DNA of 64,000 nt from Bacilli bacterium (GCA_045615545.1 JAZLFA010000040.1:13667-77666), one strand, 5' to 3'. Counted from the first letter of the stretch, positions 30,858-40,939 are shown. Notes: a model not told the origin generated them from the sequence alone. Made by a program: numbers and translations.

Positions 30858-32630
30858 CTATTTATATTTCTCCGCTAAAGCGGATAAACGATCCATTTTC
30901 TTTTTATCAACAGGTAATATCATATCATTACTTGCTGTAATATTTTCACTAGAAATTACAGAAATTCCACTTTGTATTAATAATTCAATTGCTTGCCAAC
31001 CATCTAAATCGGTAGCGATAATCGGTTTATTGTATTTAAGTAATTGCTCAATTAAAACGTGAACGGATAGTCTAGTTCTACCACTTTGTTTGATTTCACC
31101 AATCATTGAGCTACCAACAACAAAGAAATCGAAATTTAAATAAAATGATGAATCTAAAAGCAAATCACGATTTTTAAGTGATAAGGCCAAAGAATATCCT
31201 TCGTCTCTTAAATCTTTATATATATTTGTTAACACGTCATATCCATCGACATTATCATTAATCTCTTCTTCATCAAAAATTAATACGAGATCACATTCTT
31301 TAATTCTTACTATAGTAGATAATAATTCTTTAATGTGTTTGATATCGAGTAATGACACAGCAAAGAATAATTTATATTTCTTGTTTTTAACAGAATTAAC
31401 AAATTCAGTAATTGCCATTTTAGAGACAACAGAAAATAGTTCTCTATTCTTATCTACTTTCGCGGCATAATTGGCCATTTCTAAGAAGTCTCCCAAAGGA
31501 GATTCGTAAGCTTTGATGTATTCAAAATAGCCCAAAATTGAAGCAGTGTTTATATCCACAATAGGACGATATAAATATCTTAATGAATTTGGTTTTAATA
31601 GATATTCAACATGTTCGTTAATTCTATTAAGGTCGATGAGTGGTCTTGAACTACTTCTTTTAAACAAATAAATTGTTTGATTGTTTTGTTGGGCATAAAA
31701 ACAAGCTTGCTCACTTGCTTCAATGATACCCTCAAAATCTTGGAAATATTGATTGTTTCCAACAATACCAATCGTAAAGTTAATGGAATCTTGGAAACCG
31801 TTAATAACGATTGCTTTACGCATTGACTTTTCAATAGAATTTGCAAGCAATATTGCGCGTTCCTTAGAGTCAATATTTAAATCAAATAATAAAATTTGAT
31901 TGTCTTTGTTATCAATAATTTGACGGCAATGTTTTTGATCTAATGCGAAAGGATAAACATTATTTTTAAGAGAAAGCACCATAAAACGTTCAATCTTTTC
32001 ATTTGTTGTAACAAGTGGCTTTAAGTAATAAAAACGTATTGCATATGTAAATCCTTTAATGGATTTTCTTTTGTTAATCATATCGCTATAAGCAACAGGA
32101 TCAACTAAACCATAACTTTTACTAATATGTTTTGGCTTTTTGCTAACAAAATTGTTAGGGGTTATATATCTGAAAAGATGACTTTCAACATGAATTAAAC
32201 CGGCATTGGAATCGAATTTTAATAAACGGAGAATTGAAAAATAATTATTTTTACCATGATTTGTTATCATATCCGCTTCGATATATTCATCAACATCTTT
32301 ATGATCAATATACATTGAATAAATCCAGTTTTTTACTTTTTCAACATCGCCTTCATGGAAAGAATTGAAAAATTTTGTAAGTGACATCACTCTTTTAACT
32401 TTCAAATTAGTGCGGTCAAAATAGACAACACGGTTTTCTTTTGGATTGATATTTAAAACGCGAACAACATTGGTTTCACGAATAATTTGTTCCGCGATTC
32501 TTGTATCCGTAACAAGGGAATAAATGAAAGAAGCAATTAATCCGATAATAAAAACAATGACCACCAAACAAATGATGAATAAAGTTAAGAAGGGAATATT
32601 ACTAAAGTTCCACAATTCCATAATACACAA
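30858..32630 (-). CDS. Membrane-anchored protein with a catalytically degenerate EAL domain (and possibly a degenerate GGDEF-like middle domain)
   Basis: 590 aa. N-terminal TM (IPFLTLFIICLVVIVFIIGLIASFIY). The C-terminal 250 aa follow the EAL layout: YRPIVDINTASILGYFEYIKAYESPLG against (Y)QPIVDL..G.I.GYEALLRW, LIFDEEEI against LEITE, LRDEGYSLALSLKN against L..LG..IALDDFG, LNFDFFVV against LKIDRSFV, and KPIIATDLDGWQAIELLIQSG against L.VVAEGVET.EQ...L...G. Catalytic residues are replaced. Confidence 0.5.
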   Translation of the reverse strand: MCIMELWNFSNIPFLTLFIICLVVIVFIIGLIASFIYSLVTDTRIAEQIIRETNVVRVLNINPKENRVVYFDRTNLKVKRVMSLTKFFNSFHEGDVEKVKNWIYSMYIDHKDVDEYIEADMITNHGKNNYFSILRLLKFDSNAGLIHVESHLFRYITPNNFVSKKPKHISKSYGLVDPVAYSDMINKRKSIKGFTYAIRFYYLKPLVTTNEKIERFMVLSLKNNVYPFALDQKHCRQIIDNKDNQILLFDLNIDSKERAILLANSIEKSMRKAIVINGFQDSINFTIGIVGNNQYFQDFEGIIEASEQACFYAQQNNQTIYLFKRSSSRPLIDLNRINEHVEYLLKPNSLRYLYRPIVDINTASILGYFEYIKAYESPLGDFLEMANYAAKVDKNRELFSVVSKMAITEFVNSVKNKKYKLFFAVSLLDIKHIKELLSTIVRIKECDLVLIFDEEEINDNVDGYDVLTNIYKDLRDEGYSLALSLKNRDLLLDSSFYLNFDFFVVGSSMIGEIKQSGRTRLSVHVLIEQLLKYNKPIIATDLDGWQAIELLIQSGISVISSENITASNDMILPVDKKKMDRLSALAEKYK

Positions 32631-32735
32631 TTATAAAAGAAAGTTATCGATATTTCTATACGATAATTTGCCTATATATCAATACCTATGATGATTTTCA
32701 CTTATTCTCAGAAAATTGTGATATAATTTATGGCT

Positions 32736-32826
32736 GGAAAGGTACTCAAGTGGCCGAAGAGGGCAGTTTCGAAAACTGCTAGGAGATGCAAGTCTCGCGT
32801 GGGTTCAACTCCCACCCTTTCCGCCA
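32736..32826 (+). tRNA. tRNA-Ser (anticodon CGA)
   Basis: Class II tRNA with anticodon loop TTCGAAA, long variable arm, T-loop GGTTCAACTCC and encoded CCA. An extended -10 (TGTGATATAAT) lies just upstream. Confidence 0.85.
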
Positions 32827-32831
32827 GTATC

Positions 32832-32863
32832 AAAAAAGTCGCTCAAGAGGCGACATTTTTTTA
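32832..32863. terminator. Hairpin AAAAAAGTCGC-tcaagag-GCGACATTTTTTT
   Basis: A and T runs flank a GC stem between tRNA-Ser(CGA) on the plus strand and yitT on the minus strand. Confidence 0.6.
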
Positions 32864-32877
32864 TTAGATATTATAAC

Positions 32878-33867
32878 CTACTCAACAGGTCTACTAAAGA
32901 AATTTCCAACTAATTTATTTACTGGGGTAACAACAATGAATGCGTTTGAATCAACTTGTTTAGCAACTCGAATAACCCTATGAACTTCAGTGGAAGAAAC
33001 CACCATGTAAACTGTTTGTTTTTCTTTTTCTGAATAAGCGCCTTTAACATTAGAAACGGTTGCACCATGTGGAAACAAAGAAACCAATGTGCTAGCCATA
33101 TTTTCTTGGTCAGTTGTAATAGATAGTTCAGCTTTTTTATTACGGATGTTAATTAAATCTATAACAAGAGAAACAATAAACAAATAAACAATCGAATACA
33201 ATACAATTACAAGGTTTTCACCCCATTTGTGCGGATTTCCTATTACTAATAATATAAAGTAGAAAACGACAACAATGGAGTTAATAATGACGCCATATTT
33301 ACCTATTTGTGATGATTTTTTCATACCCATATAGTAAGTAGCAACATCCACTCCACCAGAACTCGAATCAATCTTAAAAGCAATGGAAGAAGAAACCCCA
33401 GAACATAAACCGGCAAATAAAGCCCTAGTAAGAGGCGAATTTTGAATAAATGTTACATCTTGTATAGTGCGCGCAACACCAGTATCAGTAAATACAGATA
33501 TAAAGATAGACGAACAACCTACAACAACCACTGATAACAAAGCAAATTTCTTGCCTATTTTTAAGAAAGCAAATATTAAAATTGGAATATTAATCGCAAA
33601 ATATAAAATTGATTGAAGGTTGTCACTTGAGATGGACGCACCACACATTTTAGCAATAATAACAATATTTTGGCATAAGCCACTTGCTCCACCTGTAACT
33701 AATGTTGCTGAATCATTAGAAATAAAACACGAAAAGCCAAAAGCAAATAAAACACCAGCTGCAACAGAAATGATTAATTCAACTGCGAGCTTCAAAAAAG
33801 CTCCAAGTGCAATATGATCATATAAGAAGTTGGTAATTTTTTTATGTAATCTGTCGATTTTTCGCAT
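32878..33867 (-). CDS. YitT-family membrane protein (DUF161 + DUF2179)
   Basis: 329 aa with 5-6 TM helices and a soluble C-terminal domain. N-terminus FLKLAVELIISVAAGVLFAFGF is typical of YitT. Confidence 0.6.
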   Translation of the reverse strand: MRKIDRLHKKITNFLYDHIALGAFLKLAVELIISVAAGVLFAFGFSCFISNDSATLVTGGASGLCQNIVIIAKMCGASISSDNLQSILYFAINIPILIFAFLKIGKKFALLSVVVVGCSSIFISVFTDTGVARTIQDVTFIQNSPLTRALFAGLCSGVSSSIAFKIDSSSGGVDVATYYMGMKKSSQIGKYGVIINSIVVVFYFILLVIGNPHKWGENLVIVLYSIVYLFIVSLVIDLINIRNKKAELSITTDQENMASTLVSLFPHGATVSNVKGAYSEKEKQTVYMVVSSTEVHRVIRVAKQVDSNAFIVVTPVNKLVGNFFSRPVE

Positions 33868-34013
33868 ATAATTATCCTATCTATAGTTTTTATAAAAAAC
33901 AATAGAAAATGACTAAACTTATAATATTCTCACTATAACAATAATTTTATTGTAAATAAATTGTTGTTTGTGGTAAGATATGAAGGCTATATGTGAGCTA
34001 GGAGGCTACAATT

Positions 34014-34841
34014 ATGGTCGTATTACGTGCAATTGGAAGATTCTTCGCCCGTATCGGACGTTGGATTAGAGACACAGCTTGGGTTCAACCACTATTAATC
34101 GTTGGTGGTATCTTTGCAATCATCTTCTCTATCCCTTATATTACAAAATGGGTTCAAAGTTGGTTTGCTGGATCAAACGAAGCTGATGCTTATTATGAAA
34201 GATTCAAACTTTCTCTTGATGGAGCAAAAGAACAAAAGAGCGAAGCTGATAAATTATTTAAATACATGCTTGGCGATGTTACCGATCAAGAACAAAAAGA
34301 ATACAAAAATAGATTTGGTGAAAAATTCTTTATCGCTTTTGTAGAAAAAGGCTGTGCTGGTTGCGAAACTGCATATACAGGTTTTGAAACATTACAACAA
34401 CAATGGAACAGCGATGACTTTAAAGTTGAAGATGGTGAAACATTTAAATTATTCACAATCTTTGTTGATACAGTTGATGAAAATGATAAGGATGCCAACT
34501 TATTCAAGAAATATTTCTTCGGCACTCATTACGATCAATACTTCGAAGAAGTTTCATACGCTATGACACAATCAGACTATTACACAAACAAAGGCGGGGA
34601 TAGTTCTTCTTATGCAAGTGAACTTGAAACAATCATTGATGAAGATAAATGGGCTGCTCCAGTCTTCATGCTTGTTGATTTCAACAAAGTTTGTCCACAA
34701 GTTAACTCTTTAGGTGTTACAGAAGTCTTATTCTCAGTTGATGGAAAAGGTGGCAAAACCGATTCTGTTGCTAAAGCAAGAACATTATATGACTGCTGGA
34801 CATATAACGATATCTTCTCACCTGATTACAAGAAAGACTAA
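34014..34841 (+). CDS. Hypothetical membrane-anchored protein with a CxxC motif
   Basis: 275 aa. N-terminal signal-anchor helix, then an acidic extracytoplasmic domain containing GCAGCE. Confidence 0.4.
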   Translation: MVVLRAIGRFFARIGRWIRDTAWVQPLLIVGGIFAIIFSIPYITKWVQSWFAGSNEADAYYERFKLSLDGAKEQKSEADKLFKYMLGDVTDQEQKEYKNRFGEKFFIAFVEKGCAGCETAYTGFETLQQQWNSDDFKVEDGETFKLFTIFVDTVDENDKDANLFKKYFFGTHYDQYFEEVSYAMTQSDYYTNKGGDSSSYASELETIIDEDKWAAPVFMLVDFNKVCPQVNSLGVTEVLFSVDGKGGKTDSVAKARTLYDCWTYNDIFSPDYKKD

Positions 34842-34853
34842 TCGTTAACAAAA

Positions 34854-34886
34854 CAAAAAAATAGCCATCACTACGATGGCTTTTTT
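34854..34886. terminator. Hairpin AAAAAAATAGCCATC-acta-CGATGGCTTTTTT
   Basis: Bidirectional A-run/stem/T-run structure between convergent genes. Confidence 0.6.
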
Positions 34887-34896
34887 AATACATTAA

Positions 34897-35376
34897 TTAA
34901 TATTTTTCTTTTAGTTTTTTAAGAACTGAATTTGGAACTAAATTAGAAACATCAACACCGTTAGTAAATAATTCCATAATCATAGAGGAAGTAATATCTG
35001 ATGTAATACCTCTAGACATAAAGAAGACAGAATCAATATTACTGTCTGCAAATTGATTAGCTGCCGCTAATTGGAATTCATATTCAAAATCAGTAACGGC
35101 ACGTAATCCTCTAATTAAATAATTGGCATTATGCTTTTTAGCATATTCGACAGTGAGACCATTAAAATAATCAACTTCAACATTTCCCATATCTTTAGTG
35201 GCTTCTTTAATCATTTCAACTCTTTCTTGATATGTAAAGCGAGAAGACTTGTTTGGATTAACAGCAACTAAAACGATAACTTTATCAAAAGCTTTTAATG
35301 CACGAGATAAAATATCCATATGCCCATTGGTAATTGGATCAAAACTTCCAGGATAAATTGCTACTTTATTACTCAT
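34897..35376 (-). CDS. coaD: Phosphopantetheine adenylyltransferase
   Basis: 159 aa. N-terminus AIYPGSFDPITNGHMDI (HxGH nucleotidyltransferase motif). Confidence 0.9.
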   Translation of the reverse strand: MSNKVAIYPGSFDPITNGHMDILSRALKAFDKVIVLVAVNPNKSSRFTYQERVEMIKEATKDMGNVEVDYFNGLTVEYAKKHNANYLIRGLRAVTDFEYEFQLAAANQFADSNIDSVFFMSRGITSDITSSMIMELFTNGVDVSNLVPNSVLKKLKEKY

Positions 35377-35912
35377 AATCTAATAATATCAACAATGATA
35401 TCGCCATAATGATAGTCTTTTATTGATTTAAAAGCAAAAGAATCGTAGTTTATTGTTCTATTTCTTTCTACTACAATTACAGCATTTTCATTTAATAATG
35501 GGTTTGTTAATAAAAATGAAATTATTTTTTCATATTCTCCTTTTTCATAAGGAGGATCTAAAAACACTAAATCAAATTTAACGTTTTCATTTTTAAACTT
35601 ATTTAATGCATCAAAAGCGTCCATAAATAAAATCTTTATATTATTAATTTTTAAGTTTTCAACATTTGCAGTTATGGTATTTAAAGCAATTTTATTGTTA
35701 TCAACAATATATGCCAAGTTAGCAGCGCGGGAAACAGATTCAATGCCCATCGCTCCACTACCACCAAACAAATCTAAAACTGTAAGATTGCTTATATCTC
35801 CTAGAGCAGAAAAAATCGCCTCTCTAATTCGATCTTTTGTTGGCCTAATATTGATATTATCTTCTGGCCAAATGATGTTACGATGTCTATATTTTCCGCC
35901 AACTATTCGCAT
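35373..35912 (-). CDS. rsmD: 16S rRNA (guanine966-N2)-methyltransferase RsmD
   Basis: 179 aa. DLFGGSGAMGIE and DPPY motifs. Conserved rsmD-coaD gene order. Confidence 0.8.
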   Translation of the reverse strand: MRIVGGKYRHRNIIWPEDNINIRPTKDRIREAIFSALGDISNLTVLDLFGGSGAMGIESVSRAANLAYIVDNNKIALNTITANVENLKINNIKILFMDAFDALNKFKNENVKFDLVFLDPPYEKGEYEKIISFLLTNPLLNENAVIVVERNRTINYDSFAFKSIKDYHYGDIIVDIIRL

Positions 35913-36262
35913 TTATTACATTCCTTAATATATAAATCACTAAACAATGTATCATTTATTGTTTCAATAAGTAATCTTACTTCTTGATATGAACTTAAAT
36001 ATTCTCTTACAAGAGGATGAGATTCGAGTGCTTTTTTTGCTAAATAAAGTTCATGCTGAGCATCTTTAACTTCTTTGCTATCTTTATCAAAATGACGTAA
36101 AGCATCATTATATCTATCTTCTAAGAGATCTTTTTTATATGATAGCTTGATTACTTCACTATCATTTTCCATTTTCTTTTCTATATCATTTAACTTAATA
36201 AAACGAGGATCAATATCCATTGCATTTTTAAGCTTATACGCCTTCTCAATAACCTTATCCAT
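35903..36262 (-). CDS. YlbF/YmcA-family regulatory protein
   Basis: 119 aa helical protein. Family-typical N-terminus and the conserved genomic position upstream of rsmD-coaD as in Bacilli. Confidence 0.5.
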   Translation of the reverse strand: MDKVIEKAYKLKNAMDIDPRFIKLNDIEKKMENDSEVIKLSYKKDLLEDRYNDALRHFDKDSKEVKDAQHELYLAKKALESHPLVREYLSSYQEVRLLIETINDTLFSDLYIKECNKCE

Positions 36263-36309
36263 GCCTACATTATATTACAATTCATAGTAAACTATGCTAT
36301 ATTATTAAC

Positions 36310-36855
36310 ATGGCGTTAAAAATAATCAAAGATACAAACCCAATAATGAGACAAAAAAGTCTTCCTGTTGATATACCTTTAACTATTGAAGATAAAAAAC
36401 TTCTTGATGAAATGAGCGATTATTTAATCAAATCACAAGATGAAGAATATGCGAAAAAAAATCATATCAAAGCAGGTGTTGGTTTAGCAGCAATTCAAGT
36501 TGGCGTTTTAAAACGTATGTTTGTTATTTATTACATTGATGAGAACAACAAAGTTGTTCAATATCAAATAGTTAATCCAAAAATCATTGAAACAAGCATT
36601 AAAAAATGCGCAATTCAAGCAGGTGAAGGTTGTTTATCAGTTGATAAAGAACACGAAGGACTTGTTCATCGTTATTTTAAAATTAAGATGGAAGCATTTG
36701 ATGCTTTAACTAATAAAAATATCTTAATTGTTGCTAGAGGATTTGATGCCATAGTTTTACAACATGAATATGATCATTTAGATGGTAGATTCTATTATGA
36801 TAGAATTGATAAAAACAATCCTAACTCACCACTTGAAGGTGAAACAATTATCTAA
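36310..36855 (+). CDS. def: Peptide deformylase
   Basis: 181 aa. Motifs GVGLAAIQVG, EGCLS and HEYDHLDG. Confidence 0.9.
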   Translation: MALKIIKDTNPIMRQKSLPVDIPLTIEDKKLLDEMSDYLIKSQDEEYAKKNHIKAGVGLAAIQVGVLKRMFVIYYIDENNKVVQYQIVNPKIIETSIKKCAIQAGEGCLSVDKEHEGLVHRYFKIKMEAFDALTNKNILIVARGFDAIVLQHEYDHLDGRFYYDRIDKNNPNSPLEGETII

Positions 36856-36926
36856 TTTACAAAATTAGCTTTTTTGCTCTATAATATAAGCAACTCAAAT
36901 AACATAGTAATGTTTCGGAGGAAAAT

Positions 36927-38594
36927 ATGGGTACTCTATCTAGTCCTATTTCTATATACGCTTTAGGCGGTTTAGGTGAAGTCGGCAAAAACATGTATTG
37001 TATCGAAAATGATAATTCTATTATTATCATCGACTGCGGCGTGCGTTTTCCAGGCATCGAATTACCCGGGATTGATTATTTAGTTCCTGATTTTACTCAT
37101 TTAAAAAATAACCGCAACAAAATTAGAGCATTAATCATCACTCATGGTCACGAAGATCATATTGGTGGCATTCCTTTTTTGGTGCAAAACGTTAATGTTC
37201 CAACAATCTATGCTCCACGTCTCGCGTCCGCATTAATAAGAAATAGGATGGAGGAGAATCGTTTATCTGATCGATTAAATCTAATTGAATATAACGAAGA
37301 TACAAAAATTCATCTTCCTGATTTTGATATTTCTTTCTTTAGAGTTACGCATTCAATTCCTGATTCTTTTGGTGTGGTTGTTGACACAAGTGAAGGAAGA
37401 ATAATTTCAACAGGCGACTTTAAAGTCGACCTTACTCCAATTGGTCCAGATTTCGCTCTTACTAAGTTAGCCAAATTAGGTGATGAAGGGGTTGATTTAT
37501 TATTAAGTGACTCCACTAATGCTGAAAGCGAAGGATATACACCAAGCGAAAAAAATGTTTACGATTCGATAGTAGATATATTTGAAAATGCTCCAGGAAG
37601 AGTAATCGTTTCCACCTTCTCAAGCAATATATCTCGTATTCAACAAATATGTGAAGTTGCTGTTAATCATAAAAGAAAAATTTGTATTGTAGGTCGATCA
37701 ATGGAAAAGGTTGTTCAAATTTCAAGAGAATTTGGATATATCAAAATTCCTGACAACATGATTGTTCAATCACAAGATATTAAATTATTTAAAAACTCAG
37801 AGATATTAATTCTATGTACAGGTAGTCAAGGTGAAGCTATGGCGGCTTTAAGTAGAATTATTGGTGGCGAAAACAAAGATATTAAAATTTGTCCTGGTGA
37901 TACAGTTGTATTTTCAAGTTCCGCCATCCCTGGAAACGGCATATTAATTGATCGTATGGTTAACCAATTAACACGCGCGGGCGCGGAAGTTATCACAAAT
38001 TCTATCGTTAACGATATCCATTCATCTGGTCATCCAAGCAAACAAGAATTACGCCTTGTTTTAAAATTGGTTAAACCAAAATACTTTATGCCAATGCACG
38101 GCGAACATCGTATGCTTAGAATTCATGCTGAATTAGCTACTACTCTTGGTATCCCAAGTAGCAATACTTTTGTATTAGATAATGGAAATACGATTGTGTT
38201 AGCAAGACACAAAATTTCAAGAGGGTATAATGTTGAAAGTGGCATTACATACATTGATGGAAACTCAATTAATGGATTAGCGGATACTGTTTTAGATGAT
38301 CGTATCTCTTTATCTAATGATGGAATGGTTGCCATTGCTATAGCGATCGACGGAAAAACAAACCAATTATTAATGGATCCAATTTTATACAATAGAGGCG
38401 TTATTAATCAAGGCAACAACACTATCGCAATCGAATGCAAAGAAATAGTTACTCGTGCAATCAAAGAAAACCTCTCTTCAAAAACAAATTATGCCGAACT
38501 TAAAAATGTTATTAAGACAGTTGCAGGCAATTATTTATTTAGCAAAATTAATCGCCGCCCAATGATCGTGCCAGTTATTATGGCTAAAAATTAA
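36927..38594 (+). CDS. rnj: Ribonuclease J
   Basis: 555 aa. Metallo-beta-lactamase motif HGHEDHIGG, beta-CASP domain and RNase J C-terminal domain. Confidence 0.9.
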   Translation: MGTLSSPISIYALGGLGEVGKNMYCIENDNSIIIIDCGVRFPGIELPGIDYLVPDFTHLKNNRNKIRALIITHGHEDHIGGIPFLVQNVNVPTIYAPRLASALIRNRMEENRLSDRLNLIEYNEDTKIHLPDFDISFFRVTHSIPDSFGVVVDTSEGRIISTGDFKVDLTPIGPDFALTKLAKLGDEGVDLLLSDSTNAESEGYTPSEKNVYDSIVDIFENAPGRVIVSTFSSNISRIQQICEVAVNHKRKICIVGRSMEKVVQISREFGYIKIPDNMIVQSQDIKLFKNSEILILCTGSQGEAMAALSRIIGGENKDIKICPGDTVVFSSSAIPGNGILIDRMVNQLTRAGAEVITNSIVNDIHSSGHPSKQELRLVLKLVKPKYFMPMHGEHRMLRIHAELATTLGIPSSNTFVLDNGNTIVLARHKISRGYNVESGITYIDGNSINGLADTVLDDRISLSNDGMVAIAIAIDGKTNQLLMDPILYNRGVINQGNNTIAIECKEIVTRAIKENLSSKTNYAELKNVIKTVAGNYLFSKINRRPMIVPVIMAKN

Positions 38595-38595
38595 A

Positions 38596-39162
38596 ATGAT
38601 TATATTAGGTAGTAATTCGCCAAGAAGAAAAGAGTTGATGGAAAAATATATTTCCACTTCTTTTCTTATTGACCCAAGTAATAATGAAGAGATAGTTAAT
38701 ATAAATCTATCTCCATTAGAAAATGTGAAAAATATCGCTCAAGCAAAATGTGAAAATGTTTTTCTTCGTCACCCTAATGATGTTGTTATTTCAGCAGATA
38801 CAATTGTAGTGTTTAATAATAAAATATATTGCAAACCAAAAGATGAAAATGACGCAAAAAAAATATTAGAAACTTTATCAAATAATGAGCACCAAGTTAT
38901 TACTGCTTACGTCATTAAATATCAAAATAAAACGATTACAAAAGCTGTTATAAGTAATGTTTATTTTAATGATTTAACTGATGAGTTTATCGATTTTTAT
39001 ATCAAAACAAAAATCCCAATGGATAAAGCAGGAGCATACGCTATCCAAGGAGAATATGGAACAAAAATTGTTAAGTCCTACAAAGGGAGCTTATCCAATA
39101 TTATCGGTTTCCCTTACGAAGAAATTTTAAAAGATTTAAAGAGTAATAATATTCCTTATTAA
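38596..39162 (+). CDS. maf: Maf-family nucleoside triphosphate pyrophosphatase
   Basis: 188 aa. N-terminus IILGSNSPRRKELM (the Maf S-P-R-R motif). Confidence 0.8.
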   Translation: MIILGSNSPRRKELMEKYISTSFLIDPSNNEEIVNINLSPLENVKNIAQAKCENVFLRHPNDVVISADTIVVFNNKIYCKPKDENDAKKILETLSNNEHQVITAYVIKYQNKTITKAVISNVYFNDLTDEFIDFYIKTKIPMDKAGAYAIQGEYGTKIVKSYKGSLSNIIGFPYEEILKDLKSNNIPY

Positions 39163-39164
39163 TT

Positions 39165-39194
39165 GAAAAAAGCCTACAATTTGAGGCTTTTTTT
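39165..39194. terminator. Hairpin AAAAAAGCCT-acaatttg-AGGCTTTTTTT
   Basis: Bidirectional terminator between maf on the plus strand and the EIIB-like gene on the minus strand. Confidence 0.6.
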
Positions 39195-39199
39195 CTTGA

Positions 39200-39451
39200 T
39201 TATGCTAATTTTTCAGCAATATCTTCGGCGTTTGAATTAAGAACAAGGATCATCTTATTTGACATCGAGATCGTTGACTTAACACCAAGTTCTTTAAGTT
39301 TATTTTGATCAATTAATTCATTGTTTTTTAAAGTAACAGTAAGTCGACTTCCTTTACCGCTTAAGGAAACAATATTATCTTTGTCGCCTAAAGCAATAAG
39401 GAAACTTGAAGTTTCAATTACTTTGACTTTTTTCTTTTTAAGGAAACACAT
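39200..39451 (-). CDS. PTS EIIB(Glc-type)-like domain protein lacking the phosphorylatable cysteine
   Basis: 83 aa. NIVSLSGKGSRLTVTLKN fits the EIIB signature N-[LIV]-x5-C-x-T-R-L-x-[LIV]-x-[LIV]-x-[DQN], but the Cys position is Lys. A GGTGGTG RBS lies 8 nt upstream. Confidence 0.4.
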   Translation of the reverse strand: MCFLKKKKVKVIETSSFLIALGDKDNIVSLSGKGSRLTVTLKNNELIDQNKLKELGVKSTISMSNKMILVLNSNAEDIAEKLA

Positions 39452-39560
39452 AAATAAATCACCACCGTTAGCACCAAAAGAATGGCCACACTAAGAGCAA
39501 TCCAGAAGGAATAGGATTGCAAGAAATTATTCAAATCATCTTTAAATTCAATAGGCATAA

Positions 39561-40331
39561 TTATTTAATGAAAGTTTTGTTTAATTTGGCGAAATAAGAA
39601 TAACTATTTGCGTGAATTACACGTGCCTTTCTATTTGCGATGCGAATTTCAATATAGTCTTCTTTATTTACATCAGTGAAATTATCATATCCAATAACAA
39701 CACCTTCCATATTCGCTTTAATTGTTACTGTTTCATTTTTATCTAAAATAATTGATGAGCCAAGAGAGTGATACATATTATTTTCAATAGCGGCGACTTC
39801 AGTTAATTGCATTATTTTTAAACTAGGATGCACTAAAGCACCTCCAAGAGATTTGTTATAAGCACTGCTTCCGATTGCAGACGCAATAACTAAACCATTA
39901 CCTCTAAAGTTTTCTAAGTAAGTTCCACTAATATATACTTCACCAATTAATGTTCTAAATGGATTTTCAACACGTATCTCATTAATCGCATAAACAGTTG
40001 AGGAACCATATTTAGCTTTTAAAAGAGGATATTCACTAATTTTGTAATTATTGCTATCAAGCAGATCAAAAATTGTCTCAATGTCTTCCTCACGATATTC
40101 GAAGAAGAACCCTACTTTACCATTATTGATTCCAATAAATTTTATTTCATTTAGTTGATTGATGTATTTATGGACACATTTTAAAAATGTTCCATCACCG
40201 CCAATAAAGATAACAACATTAGGATTTTCATCATCCAAAGTATATCCGCGTGATGTGGCGCATTTGATAACCTCATCCTTAATTCTTAAGCCTGTTTGAG
40301 ATTCTTTTATAAAAATTCCTAATTTCTTCAT
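39561..40331 (-). CDS. nadK: NAD kinase
   Basis: 256 aa. GGDGTFL motif. Confidence 0.85.
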   Translation of the reverse strand: MKKLGIFIKESQTGLRIKDEVIKCATSRGYTLDDENPNVVIFIGGDGTFLKCVHKYINQLNEIKFIGINNGKVGFFFEYREEDIETIFDLLDSNNYKISEYPLLKAKYGSSTVYAINEIRVENPFRTLIGEVYISGTYLENFRGNGLVIASAIGSSAYNKSLGGALVHPSLKIMQLTEVAAIENNMYHSLGSSIILDKNETVTIKANMEGVVIGYDNFTDVNKEDYIEIRIANRKARVIHANSYSYFAKLNKTFIK

Positions 40332-40363
40332 AGTTTATGCATTTAATATAGCATAAAATATAT

Positions 40364-40939
40364 TTGATGGATAGAAATATAGAAAAAGAAGAACGTGCGA
40401 TGATAAGTGAATCAACTTATCAAACCATGGTTAATGAATTATGTAATCATATTGCACCTTTTAAACAAACCAATTTTTATTTTGATACGAAAGACTTAAG
40501 TCTATTAAGCAAGCACATTGTAATTAGGATAAGAATAATAGATAGCAAAAAATATGAACTCACCTGCAAAATCAAAGGAATAGATGGTGACCAAGAATAT
40601 AATTATTTGCTAAGTAAAGATCAGTACAATTTTTATCTAAAACAGAAAAAGATTGAATCTTTTCAACTTCCAGGTGGAGAAGAGCTCATTGATTTATACT
40701 ATATTGTTGATTTATCAACAATTAGATACGAAATTAAGTATGATGATTACTTATTAGTTATTGATAAAAACCAGTACGATGGAGTAGTTGATTATAATAT
40801 TGAAATTGAGTCAGATATTTCAAAAGAACATGCGAAAAAAGTCTTATTTGAATATAAAGAAAAATATGGCTTTACTTATGACATAAATTACATAAGCAAA
40901 AGCCGTCGCGCTATTAATAAATATTTAAACAAAAACTAA
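40364..40939 (+). CDS. CYTH-domain protein (YjbK-like)
   Basis: 191 aa. Divergent from nadK as in Bacillus (yjbK-ppnK neighbourhood), with alternating beta-strand-like pattern and acidic residues typical of CYTH. Confidence 0.45.
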   Translation: MMDRNIEKEERAMISESTYQTMVNELCNHIAPFKQTNFYFDTKDLSLLSKHIVIRIRIIDSKKYELTCKIKGIDGDQEYNYLLSKDQYNFYLKQKKIESFQLPGGEELIDLYYIVDLSTIRYEIKYDDYLLVIDKNQYDGVVDYNIEIESDISKEHAKKVLFEYKEKYGFTYDINYISKSRRAINKYLNKN

